From a virus (taxonomy: Duplodnaviria > Heunggongvirae > Uroviricota > Caudoviricetes): DNA of 64,000 bases. Shown piece by piece: positions 21,701 to 31,000 of this stretch (positions are counted from its first letter, which is position 1; every line of letters starts with the position of its first letter). The position numbers were made by a program, and so were the translations under genes. The stretch covers positions 13,160 to 77,159 of the IMG/VR virus record IMGVR_UViG_3300035502_000924; one strand, written 5' to 3'. The notes beneath the pieces are model-generated. The model was not told the origin of the DNA and searched no databases. It saw only the letters and a program-made list of their open reading frames with translations.

Positions 21701-23788
21701 ATTGAAGCTGCTACGGATTTGGAAAAAGCATTAATAGGTATACGAGAATGGAATAAAGCAAGTGTTGTAAAAAGATATGAAGTTGAAAGTGGCTTTGCTG
21801 ATATTGCCGATGAATTAACTGATGAATGGAGACCAAGACTTGTTTATATTTATTTTGAAGATAGAGTTTATTTAGGACATTTTGAGAGTTTTACTTATGA
21901 TAGAGTGGCTGAAACTGAAAATATCAGTTATACAATGGTATTTAATATTCATAGAATAGTTTCTGTTACATCAATTAGTCCTAATAGATTTGAACAACAA
22001 AAGCAATTGGGATTGTTTGGATTTACTCCTGATGAAGATAGTACATCAGATAGTGCAAGTGTAAGCGATTATCAAACAGAATTTGAAGCAGGAAATGATT
22101 TACCATTAAAAGTAGAAATATTAAGAACAAGATGTACTTATTATAGAGAGGCAAGAATGGCAGCGTATAATGGCATAGAAATGACAGAAGAAAGAAAAAC
22201 AGAAATACATAATTGGGCTGTTTCATTAAGAGCAGCAAGTATGTATGGTGGCATACAACAAATAACAGAGTCTACTCCTATATATGGCAATGTTGAAGGT
22301 TTTGATGGTACTTTTGATGGTTCTGATAGTTTTTATCCTATATATTTATATTTTATGCAATTGCAATATGCACAAGAAGAAACTATTAGTTCTGAAAAAT
22401 ATGTACTTCCATATGACAAGCCATTACCTTATTCTTGGACAACTGATGAAGGTTTTACTATGGCACAAACAGCATTAAATTTAACAACAAGAATAGATGG
22501 TACTCCTGTAACAAAAGCTATGCTACAACAAAATGAATCAGCTCCTTTTAACTTTTTAAATAAATATGATGAAATTTCTGAAATAGAATTATTAAGAGCA
22601 AGAGAAATTTGGGAAGCAGAACGTGGAACTTACGTAAAAATGAGAAAAGATGAAATATGTGGACACGCTGGCAGATTACTTTGTTCAACAGGTGCAAGGT
22701 TCTATATAAATGGTAACTATCAAAAACTTTTAGAGTATTATAGTTATCAAATGGAAAATGAAGGTATTGCTGGTAATTCTGCATTAGTAAGTGGAGATAT
22801 TGATTCTATTATAGTTGATGAAAATACATTAAGAGATATTTTTACAACAGAAGAATTTGTAACAATAAGAAGTGAATTAAAAGACTTTTTATTGAAACTT
22901 GAAAAAGATTCATCAGGTAATGCAATTACAGAAGATAATGTAGAAGATTATATTGGTCAAAATAGAACAGTATCAAGTTGTAAAGATTGGATGACAGCAG
23001 AACAATATGATAAGTTATATCAAACTTATTATAGACAATATCTTTGGAAAACATATTCTTCTTTATTAAAAGAAACTAGTGATAAAAAAGTAGGTACTTA
23101 TATATTTGTAAGTACATTGAAAAGTATTCTTACTGAAAGTGAACTTGAAACATTTAAGAAATGCACAAAAGAATATAGTGAAGAAATATATAATAATTGT
23201 TTTGGAAAAGATGCTAAAGATACAAACTCTTTAACATTTAATTGTATATATTATATTTTAATAAACAATACTGATATAACTACTAAGATATTAAAATATG
23301 GCAGTACTTATAATTATTCTACGGAAGAAGCGGCAGAAGTAGCAATGAATACTACAGCTGCTAATATGACAGCAAGCGGAAGTACTATGGCAAAAGAAAT
23401 ACTTGCTCTTAAAGAAGTATTACCTACACTTTCTTATTCTAAGAACACAACAACATCATCATTGCTTAAAGCACTTAATGCTCGTGATAGTAGTATCGCA
23501 CCTAATATAAAACTTACACAAATTATATTTACTGATAATTCAGAATATTATGAAGAAGATAACACTTATTGGTTTGCAGGTACTTTTAAATTTACATATG
23601 CAAATTATCAAGCAGAACAAAGTGCTGATTTCTCTGTTGGTGTATTAAAAGAAAAAACTACAACAGATGAAGATACCGATGATACAGATAGTGAAAACTC
23701 AGATTCAAACACAGACGATAAAGATAAGACAGATACAGATGATAAGAATAAAACCGATACAGATGATGGTTCAGAAAAGGGCGATTAA
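15737..23788 (+). CDS. giant repeat-rich tail or baseplate structural protein (2683 aa) with SH3b-like domains and tandem Ig-like modules
   Basis: Two SH3b-like segments: YVCVSESAYLYSEPKF...GGYIALENG and YTVVSEVAYLYFGPDEKYGKVSS. There are at least 3 tandem ~110-aa repeats (TKV/TKI..YSSTS..NTFKV.YT..KTGY..) separated by poly-Asp and poly-Ser/Thr linkers. A D/K/T-rich acidic tail is present. An alternative TTG start at 15767 has a stronger SD (ggaggtg). Confidence 0.75.
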   Translation: MIKRNGGVIGLDGTILANLQEAITSNDFLTSQKKLVDDTYKNDISYLSSAQEASDAYMAMKQRIPMVLEYYVTPYEIHTVEMYINPNKINMKHQKITSKTVTRGGIFFHHYGEDIPVMTISGNTGLSGMSGIAELEKIFNYSGTLLRYQNVGINKIYNGDSEPLQILYLDDAVEYYDKIVASSTSLEDIQNASNQLTGLLSSSSERTTLTTEKAAELVNLELSSLYSTLSLNLACTTIQTIIAKVNDEIATMLSKNQQVTFATVYKLTQTQVKNSSLSNGKMLTASIPFPSSSEWSTNKAEVLEEISEYLDDIKDAYDVDDTDDITYTMVSNYLSTYQETETYDVSEIAFQIAIEIYNSNVESLNGTATTTETEDTTTSATVENGFDKDLYVCVSESAYLYSEPKFTATKIAQLYRGGEVTVNHVDSPGAWGMVSYYEGGYIALENGAEEDINQYTITEEGIQMYRWNGIGDMDKITQEIMEKTAEGKTYSEITNPSTDDSSNNNNNNNTTSSTYSLLGFGMNKSSSSTSVKTVSSSSILEFNNIKYDTDYYVYLAINPTTNINNVNLDFISYSTSKEVYGKDLTKKSDGVYTVKVSFKDKSSSKNYGSIYGIQLYINGELVKSINSFYTGNKEDKIFAKINFDTDTASSISYNSYDPSMAKSINKTRNISLNNEENNDEDVTINYDNIIDENNIEAFSSEDIANMPVMSTSNVTVEGLSTNADCIYYSFNSYKMSNNIEYSSADADWFAGFKGITSESEYRILTDGYDVEFYIYVNDIAESNLTGLCVVKVYKGLSDTSNKSKYVYEIKDILTTKSDIIDDSYFDYTYSHNDVSSVYGSCEELIIYPIINNVIKPDQGAVSVQFTTTAKSSLSISKIIKNAYFVNESGDTSKSITAIRNKYGNSDTTYTITVETLVNVSKIELSTNFDNTSVNSQSMNASKAVWYRSNSTSSNPLSCPYYRFSGIKYKFNDPTTGSRTLHIKATLENGKEITDTYDNLSVYLTNKSGTTSDNADDYITSFEFYDDSDYDTVLSYSRIKYGEYLYIKVITTSDVTKIRFKSDTISSINNQTVTSYKTTTGSKRYFTYKIKLTCSTGVTHTIKVQPYIDDEEAWVSDYLSNCIKVTASSTDDDDDDDDDDTSYITSSDYIISTSVTKNTTKKITATIKTTDDITKVLLYTYAAGDSDIVDEVYSSTSSYNTFKVSYTMKKTGYLFLKYYVSGSGWRPSSKYYRIGKVSCSSSSSSSDDDDDDDSISSTESNTYIKSVTFNKSKVTKNSSFTSTIVTTDEVTKVRVRMADSSDSTTKSTTYSSTSTRNTFKVNYTASKTGYVYIKFYIDGEGWYDKYYKAGKITVSSSSSSSSSSSSSNSSYIDYDSVDDYIEEITVSGMVSGKIKTGSTPTITVTTTDEVDKIRISKSWDSKTKVISSYEEDDDTRIFSKAYPEMSESGTQYIYVELYVDGEWLDDTAIIKAYVNKNVVSTSDITASDELLSVKLSPTTTLIGEKVTISFKAQPEVTKIKITDKTTGTDITTLKQSSNGTLASTGVYTYSTTTSFSKIGTHRIALTPYVDDGFLSTSITKEVLITDVSSSTTTDTSTSTTETTTSEMKFTKAGVTSKGTFTSCWYKIDGDYYIFRHYNPTESSSDNVFVAVKSGQWKMAENASNKMNQLTHWYAKDRIPVYCTVNYTSDTIDSKSDLVSVNTYIEKGDTFVTNNHVTLSDDTIHNSNNTQIWYRVYFTDNTSFTSSTYSSFGTGTTTAQFSSDDTSTKYKGSTTTTEDTSSDTTTETTTSSNSNSTTTSETTTDGDTTTAPTADDMKNYYELNLSSSSTLDTTGEYLQRSTSYWIPMYKTDGSKYMSDSEVYNTLVKDYVKLYTVVSEVAYLYFGPDEKYGKVSSTPLTVNSKFTCCELSNDRLWAKQVIATSKIDDTDYLKENGYAEYPGWTKVEWLEEGYTGPISILESELNSENDENSLTNLITNNNITTAISDTNIEAATDLEKALIGIREWNKASVVKRYEVESGFADIADELTDEWRPRLVYIYFEDRVYLGHFESFTYDRVAETENISYTMVFNIHRIVSVTSISPNRFEQQKQLGLFGFTPDEDSTSDSASVSDYQTEFEAGNDLPLKVEILRTRCTYYREARMAAYNGIEMTEERKTEIHNWAVSLRAASMYGGIQQITESTPIYGNVEGFDGTFDGSDSFYPIYLYFMQLQYAQEETISSEKYVLPYDKPLPYSWTTDEGFTMAQTALNLTTRIDGTPVTKAMLQQNESAPFNFLNKYDEISEIELLRAREIWEAERGTYVKMRKDEICGHAGRLLCSTGARFYINGNYQKLLEYYSYQMENEGIAGNSALVSGDIDSIIVDENTLRDIFTTEEFVTIRSELKDFLLKLEKDSSGNAITEDNVEDYIGQNRTVSSCKDWMTAEQYDKLYQTYYRQYLWKTYSSLLKETSDKKVGTYIFVSTLKSILTESELETFKKCTKEYSEEIYNNCFGKDAKDTNSLTFNCIYYILINNTDITTKILKYGSTYNYSTEEAAEVAMNTTAANMTASGSTMAKEILALKEVLPTLSYSKNTTTSSLLKALNARDSSIAPNIKLTQIIFTDNSEYYEEDNTYWFAGTFKFTYANYQAEQSADFSVGVLKEKTTTDEDTDDTDSENSDSNTDDKDKTDTDDKNKTDTDDGSEKGD

Positions 23789-23812
23789 TATTTACTAATT
23801 TTTATGAAATAT

Positions 23813-23855
23813 AAACCCACAGACTATATTTGTTTTGTGGGTTTGTATTTTTTTT
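23813..23855 (+). terminator. rho-independent terminator
   Basis: aaacccaca...tgtgggttt 9-bp stem followed by T9. Confidence 0.75.
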
Positions 23856-23913
23856 ATGAAAAATTATTTGTTGTGTTTAAATAATATATAAAAACAAAGA
23901 AAGGAGATAAAAA

Positions 23914-26900
23914 ATGGCTACTGTATACGGAAGTGGTGATGACCCTAATGCAACAGCTCCTAATTTAGGAACAACTTGTTCTAAGATATCTGGTACGTCA
24001 TACAAGGCTGTGTTTACAGCTTATTATCCTGATAACAGCAAACAAGAGGGTGGATATTACGATTGTAATAGTAAAAAATTAAATACTTCCAAACAAACTT
24101 GTGCTGCTCCATCTGATATTCCATATGGTTCATATGTTTGGATAGAAAGTTGTACAGGTGGTGATGGAGTAGATTATAGTAAAAGGTTATATATTGTTAC
24201 AGATAGAGGACAGGATATTGTTAAAGATAGTAAAGGTTATTATCATATAGATTTACTCTTTAAAGATAAAGCTTCTTCTGATAAGTTTGGTAAGATTCAG
24301 GGTAGTGCTATTATTCAAAAGAAAAGTGCTCCTTATACTACTGGTGTTTCTTCGGGTGGTACAAGTGGCAGCAAAAACCCTATAACTACATTCGTTTGGA
24401 TAGGACATTCAAGAGTTGTTTTTTTAAAAAACACTTCTGTCGTACAAAGTGACGATAAGTTGTACTGTGAAGGTAGTATCGGTTATGACAAAGTAGTAGG
24501 ATATATGAATCAAGCAGAAAACGAGGGTGCTGTCAAAAGTGGTGCTGCTACAATTATTTGGGCAGGTATAAACGACCTTAGAAATGTTGATAGATACGTT
24601 TCAGGTCTTAATGAATATGGAAAACAATGGAAAAATAAAGGAGCTGCCTGTTATGTTATGTCAGAAACTCCAATGGTTGACGAAATATATAAAAAACAAT
24701 ACCCAAGTTGGGCAACCTCTACTAATAATAAAGCAATACAAGATTTCAATTCAAAAATTAAATCTGGTGTTACAGAGATGACATACATAGATGTATGGAG
24801 TCAAATAGTAAATGATGTTAATGCTAACACTGTTGACACTATGGGTGTTCATTATACAACAAAAGAACTTAATAAAAAGATACACGATTATGTTAGAAAT
24901 TTTATCACTAATTCATCAAACAATACCAGTCTTTCATCAGGGGATGAATCTAATAGTGGTATTGAAGTTACAGGTTCATCTTATGACCCAACAATTTCTG
25001 CTGATGTAAAAAATTCTATATTTCAAGAATATTTAAGACAAAAAGAAGAATTAGCAAAACAAGGTATAGATATGTACGTAGAAGATAGCAACTTTGTTTT
25101 TGATTATTCTATTGCATTAGTTGATTATATTAAATATACTAACGTACATAAATTAAAAGGAATACAATGGCATCCCAACCAAATGAAAAAACAAGATTTT
25201 AAACAAGATTATATGGTTGTAATAAGAAAAAAATTGTATTTTGCTGCTTGTATGACAAGTGATGAATTGTTTTTACGTTTATATCAAATAAACAACTTTT
25301 CTGCAATACAAACAAATATTTCAACTTCATCAATAGGTAGTTGTAGTATTTCTCTTAAAGGCGGCGAAAGAGTAGTTTGTATAGAAAAGAAATCAGAAGA
25401 AAATCAAGGTTGGCAAAGTTACGAGGAGTTATTAAACGGTTTAACTAATATTGATGACGAAGGTGATAATTCTGGCGTAAAATGGCGTATGGGTGTTTTA
25501 GGTTGGGAAGACCCAAGTTCAGCAGGTGTGGATTATAAAAATCTAATGAAAGCAAGAGAAGCTAAATATGGATGGCGATATGCTGAGAAGTGCGATTGGC
25601 AACCAATGGATGAAATAATTGTATATTCTAAATCGAGAACTAAAAAAGATTCATCAGGGAAATATGCTTTTGAAAAAATATTTTTTGGTTACATACATTC
25701 AATAAAAAAAGATTTTAATAGCCAAGGACCAACTATAACTATACAAGCAAGTGACCAAACTGAATTATTATCATATAGTTTTCAAAATAATTTACCATCA
25801 TATTATCCTGGTAGATATAACCAAGGTTATTTAGATACAAGTTTTAATGTTGATGAATTTGGTTTGTTAAAAATACAAGACCCATTAGTTTATGGATATA
25901 TTTATAATGAACAGTCAGATGAAACCGCTAAAAAAACTTTAAATATGAGAATGTCACAAACAGATGTTTTTGCAGGAATATTCCCAGGAACTATTATTAA
26001 GTATTGTTGCTTATGTGCTGGTATTCCTTGGAAATATTTAAATACAAGAATAGAACCTGTTGAAATTATCCCTTATGTAGTTCAAATAAGAGGTAGTGTT
26101 AATTATGAAACTTCCTCAGAATTTAAGTCAAGATATGAATATTGTCAACAAGTAGCTGAAAGAAGTTTTATGGAATTTTTCCAAGATGAAGAAGGTAATA
26201 TTGTATTTAAAATTCCTAATTATGTAATAGGTTGTAATACATTAGACACTAATAATTGTGGACTCACAATAACTGATGAGTTTAGAGACTTAATTGGCAA
26301 AGAGTTAAAACCAGAAGCAACAAGACTTATGACAATGAGTAAATTACAAGAAATATGTCAAGATGTTACTCCAATGTTATATACAACAGTAGAGGGCGAT
26401 ACAGTTAAATCAATATCAACAGGATTATATGGTTCAACATTATATGCAACAGAAATAAGAAACTTAAATTTAGCACAATTACAAAAATATAGTATAAATG
26501 ATAAGCTAAAAGCAGGAATACAATTATTAGTATTTAAATATGATGTAACAGATGTTATCGCAAGGTCAGAATATGTTGATTTAATAAATAATTCAAGAGT
26601 AACTGCTTTTGCAAATCAATTATATACAAGTAGCTATTCTGATATAAAAGCATTTGATTTATTAAGAGTTGGCGATGTTACAATGTCAATGCTAACAGAT
26701 AGTTTTATACAAGTAATTCCACAAGAAGATTTAATAGGATTTACATTAACAGATTCTGATGAAAATGTATACACAACCGTAGATATAAATGGTATGACAT
26801 TTGGTGGTGAAAATGTTGCTACAAGCGTAAAAATAAAAAGAACAGTACCTAATATGGAAGCTATATTAAAGTTTGGCGTAAGACCAATGCAATCATTAGA

Positions 26901-27981
26901 AACAGGATTAGTATGTACAGAAGCAAGAGCAGAATTATATGGTGCATTATTATTGTCAAGGTCAATATCACAAAGATACACAGCAACGGTAAAAATGGTT
27001 GAAAATCCTGATATAAAAGTGGGAAATCCTGTTAGATTTTTGAGTTATGATGAGCATCCAAATCCTGAAACAGGTGAATATTCAGAAGATACTCCTCAAA
27101 GTGTTTATTATGTAGAAGCAGTAAGTAGAAATATTTCTTGTGAAGGTGTTTCCACAATGACTTTAACTTTATCATCAGGTAGAGTTATGGGTGAAGCAAG
27201 CATATATGATAAAATGTACCCAATGTATAAAACTTTTTATAAATTAGATATGTCAGATTTAGACCAAAAAACACAAGAAGCTATTGAAATGTTTCAGAAG
27301 ATGTATGATTCTGCTGTAAACAATTCAGATTCAGATGTTAGTATAAATGGTACAGATGGAGATAGTAGCGATAATAGTGATAGCACATCTGGAAGTTCTG
27401 GTAGTGGTGGTACTACTGGTATAAAATTTCCATTACCTTCTGGTAGTTGGCACGCAAGTTCAGGTATGTGGAGAAATTCAGGTACTGTATTTGACAATAA
27501 GGGAGAATTTCACGGCGGTATTGACCTTGGAGCTAACGAGGGTACAGCTATTTATGCCGCATATGCAGGTACTGTGTATGGTACAAATAGTTCTGGACCA
27601 AATACAGGTAGTCATGATTATGGATATTGGGTATGTATACAGAGTACGATTGGTGGTAAAAGTTTTTTACATTTATATGGACATATGTGTGAAGAACCAA
27701 TGGTAAAAGCAGGAGATAAAGTTACTGCTGGACAACAAATTGGAAAAGTTGGCAATACAGGCGATAGTAACGGCAATCATTTGCATTTTGAAATGACAGC
27801 AACGACTACATTGTTTGATAAAACAAAAAGAGTATGTGGATGGAACTTTTTACAAGGATATTCACCATTTGATTTAACTGCAATTGGTGCAAAAGGAGTT
27901 ATTGCATCACAGGGTGTTGATTATGATAGTTCTACTGGAAAAATAAAATACTTTAACGAAGAAAAAAAGAGCGGATATTAA
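23914..27981 (+). CDS. tail or baseplate-associated lysin paralog 2: 3D (MltA/YuiC-like) domain, then SGNH/GDSL hydrolase, then the shared LysM core, then a C-terminal M23 (LytM) metallopeptidase
   Basis: 3D domain: FTAYYPDN...CAAPSDIPYGSYVWIE...YIVTDRGQDI...HIDLLF. SGNH blocks: IGHSR, WAGINDL (GxND) and DTMGVHYT (DxxH). M23 motifs: HGGIDL and GNTGDSNGNHLHFE. The core is homologous to the ORFs at 11942 and 28085. Confidence 0.75.
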   Translation: MATVYGSGDDPNATAPNLGTTCSKISGTSYKAVFTAYYPDNSKQEGGYYDCNSKKLNTSKQTCAAPSDIPYGSYVWIESCTGGDGVDYSKRLYIVTDRGQDIVKDSKGYYHIDLLFKDKASSDKFGKIQGSAIIQKKSAPYTTGVSSGGTSGSKNPITTFVWIGHSRVVFLKNTSVVQSDDKLYCEGSIGYDKVVGYMNQAENEGAVKSGAATIIWAGINDLRNVDRYVSGLNEYGKQWKNKGAACYVMSETPMVDEIYKKQYPSWATSTNNKAIQDFNSKIKSGVTEMTYIDVWSQIVNDVNANTVDTMGVHYTTKELNKKIHDYVRNFITNSSNNTSLSSGDESNSGIEVTGSSYDPTISADVKNSIFQEYLRQKEELAKQGIDMYVEDSNFVFDYSIALVDYIKYTNVHKLKGIQWHPNQMKKQDFKQDYMVVIRKKLYFAACMTSDELFLRLYQINNFSAIQTNISTSSIGSCSISLKGGERVVCIEKKSEENQGWQSYEELLNGLTNIDDEGDNSGVKWRMGVLGWEDPSSAGVDYKNLMKAREAKYGWRYAEKCDWQPMDEIIVYSKSRTKKDSSGKYAFEKIFFGYIHSIKKDFNSQGPTITIQASDQTELLSYSFQNNLPSYYPGRYNQGYLDTSFNVDEFGLLKIQDPLVYGYIYNEQSDETAKKTLNMRMSQTDVFAGIFPGTIIKYCCLCAGIPWKYLNTRIEPVEIIPYVVQIRGSVNYETSSEFKSRYEYCQQVAERSFMEFFQDEEGNIVFKIPNYVIGCNTLDTNNCGLTITDEFRDLIGKELKPEATRLMTMSKLQEICQDVTPMLYTTVEGDTVKSISTGLYGSTLYATEIRNLNLAQLQKYSINDKLKAGIQLLVFKYDVTDVIARSEYVDLINNSRVTAFANQLYTSSYSDIKAFDLLRVGDVTMSMLTDSFIQVIPQEDLIGFTLTDSDENVYTTVDINGMTFGGENVATSVKIKRTVPNMEAILKFGVRPMQSLETGLVCTEARAELYGALLLSRSISQRYTATVKMVENPDIKVGNPVRFLSYDEHPNPETGEYSEDTPQSVYYVEAVSRNISCEGVSTMTLTLSSGRVMGEASIYDKMYPMYKTFYKLDMSDLDQKTQEAIEMFQKMYDSAVNNSDSDVSINGTDGDSSDNSDSTSGSSGSGGTTGIKFPLPSGSWHASSGMWRNSGTVFDNKGEFHGGIDLGANEGTAIYAAYAGTVYGTNSSGPNTGSHDYGYWVCIQSTIGGKSFLHLYGHMCEEPMVKAGDKVTAGQQIGKVGNTGDSNGNHLHFEMTATTTLFDKTKRVCGWNFLQGYSPFDLTAIGAKGVIASQGVDYDSSTGKIKYFNEEKKSGY
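25115..27215 (+). repeat. ~2.1-kb direct repeat copy 2, more diverged
   Basis: Same conserved blocks (IQWHPNQMKKQDFKQDYMVVIRKKLYFAA and FMEFFQDEEGNIVFKIPNYV). Confidence 0.75.
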
Positions 27982-27999
27982 ATAAAAATAATGTTTTTT

Positions 28000-28046
28000 A
28001 ATTGGTTATGAGTTTTAATTTCATAACCAATTTTTTATTTTTTTAT
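28000..28046 (+). terminator. rho-independent terminator
   Basis: aattggttatga...cataaccaatt followed by a T-run. Confidence 0.7.
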
Positions 28047-28084
28047 TAAACGATTCAATGTACAATAGAAAGGTAGTGATATAA

Positions 28085-31000
28085 ATGGCACAATCAATTC
28101 CTGAATGTTATACAAGTTGGGCAGAAGAAATAGCAAAAAATTCTAGTCATGGTTATAGTCAGCTTGATGAAAAAAGATGGGGTCCTGATTATGACTGTTC
28201 AAGTTTGGTAATTTCTGCGATTGAACAAGCAGGTATAGAATTAAGAAGTAAAGGTGCAGATGATACAAGTAATTCATTACAGCCCTTATTAGATAGTGGA
28301 TTTGAAGATATTTTAGCAAACGGCACTGTTAAGAGCAGTTCAACCGAAAATATGAAACGAGGAGATATCTTATTAAGAAGCAAGGCTGCTGCTTCTGCTA
28401 AAGGTGGTCATATGGCTATCTATTGTGGTAATAATAAGATAGTTGAAGCCAGTGGCGATGAAAATGGTGGTGATGGTAAGAGTTCTGATATAGACTCAGG
28501 AGACCAGGTACAGCAAGGAACAAAATATCGAAGCAAAGAAGAAATTGGTATTAATCCATATCAAAATGGCAATTGGACTAATATTTTAAGATATACAGGA
28601 ACTGAAACTGCAAAAAGTAGTGGAACTGTTTCAGCACCTTCGATAGATAAAACAACTTATAGATTGGGAAGTGGAAGTGAACACGGAGCACAAACGCCAC
28701 AATATGTAGTTATGCACTGGGCAATTAATACTACTTGTCAAGGCATTTACAACCAGTTTAAATCGAATCAAACCACAAGTGATAGTAGTAAAAAAGGTGT
28801 TGCTGCTCATTACGCTATTGGTAATGATGGTTCAATATTTCAAATGGTAGATGACAATATACAATGCTGGCATTCAAAAAGTCATCATAATAAATATTCC
28901 ATTGGTATAGAATCTTGCACTAAAAGCATTACAACGGGAGAATATACTGAAGCAGGATATAACGCTAATGTTCATTTAGCCGCATATCTTTGTAAAACTT
29001 ATAATATTAATCCTTCTACAAATTTATTAAGACATTATGATTGCTCAGGAAAAGCTTGTCCACGTTGGTTTGCACCTAATCCAGACTATACTGATAGTGG
29101 TGTTCTTTATCCTAAAAATTCGAATTGCGATACAGATTGGGCAAAATTTAAATCAGATGTTGCAAATAAAATGAACGGATTAGGTAGCAGTAGCGGTTTA
29201 AGTGTTGAAGCAAGTTATTTTTCAGGAGTTCCTACTGATACATCTGATATGTCAGCTTCTGCTATGAAACAAATAGAACAATTAAAAGCAATGGGATTAG
29301 ATGCTTATGCAAGTGGCTCTGATATCATGATTAATTATTCTATCCTTTTAAAGGATTACATAAAATATGCAAATGTTAGATTGTTAAAAGGATTGCAATA
29401 TCATCCAAATTCATTGGGTAGATTTAATTATAAACAAGATTATGTTGTAATTATTAGAAAGAAATTATATTTTGCTGGTACAGTAACAAGTGAAGAAAAT
29501 TATTTAAGATTATATCAATTAAATAATTTTTCTGCTATTACAGTAAGTACATCTGTTGCTGCTGAAGGTACTGCAAGTGTTTCAATAAAGGGTGCAGAAA
29601 GAGTTGTATGTATAGATAGAGCTGATGAAACCAATAAAAATTGGCAAAGTTGGGATGAAATGCTGAATGGTTTAACTAACATTGACAACGAAGCAGAAAC
29701 AAATGGTACTAGATGGAGAATTGGTAATAGTGAATGGAATGACCCAAATTCTTCTGGCATAGATTATAAAAATTTAATGAAAGCAAGAGAAGCAAAATAT
29801 GGTTGGAAATTTGCCGAAAAATGCGATTTTGAACCAATGGATGAAATAATAATATTTTCACAATCAAGGTCGGAAAGAAATTCAAGTGGTCAATTTACAT
29901 TTAAAAAAATATTCTTTGGATATATAAATTCAGTCCAAAAAGATTATTCAACAAAAGGATTGACGATGACTATACAAGCTTCTGACCAATTAAAATTATT
30001 AAGAAATAGCTATGTAAATAAATCTGCGAGTTACCAACCAGGTATTTATAATAATGGTTATTTGGATATAAGTTTTGCTACTGATAAATTTGGTATGATA
30101 AAATTAAAAGAACCTTATTCAGCATTAATGGCAGCACAAGGTGAAGAAACATCACAAGATTCAATAAATGAAGTATCACAAAGAACTGTCTGGTCAGAAA
30201 TCTTTTGCGGATTGTTCCCTGATATCATTATAGCAAATGCTTGTATGGATGCTGGCATTCCAGCAAGATATTTAGTAACAAGAATAGAACCTGTAAAGGT
30301 TATTCCTTATATTTTTAAAGATTTTACAGCTACACCTGATTATTTCTCTACTGAATTTAAATCAAGATTACAATATTGTCAAGAAATAGCAGAAATTTGT
30401 TTTATGGAATTTTTTCAAGATGAAGATGGTAATATTGTGTTTAAAATACCAAGTTATGTATTAGGTTGTAATAACTTAACAAGTAACAATATGGGATATG
30501 AATTGGATTTAAGTTTTAGAGAGAATATAGGTGCAAAATTAGATAAATCTGATGTTGCAACATTAGCTAAAATACAGGCATTGTGTGAATATTGTCAAGC
30601 AATAATTTATACCACTGTTGAAGGAGATACTTTAGCAAATATTTCTGTTGATTTATATGGAACTTCTATTTATGCAAGTGAAATAAAATATTTAAATGTT
30701 GGTACATTACAAAAATATTCGGCAAATGATTTAATAGATGTAGGTACAAAAATTTTAGTATTTAGTTATGATGTAAAAGATAGTAAAGCAAGAGAAGAAT
30801 ATACTGATTTATTAACAAATTCATTTGTTTCTACATTGGCAACTACTTTATATAATGAACAAACAGGTATAATAGACGTTGTAAATATGATTGGTGTTAC
30901 AAATTCAATGCTTACAGACCCTCTTATACCTCAAGTATTGCCTAATGAAATAATTAGTTTTGTTTTATCCGATTGTGATTCAGGTATTTATAATTCAATA

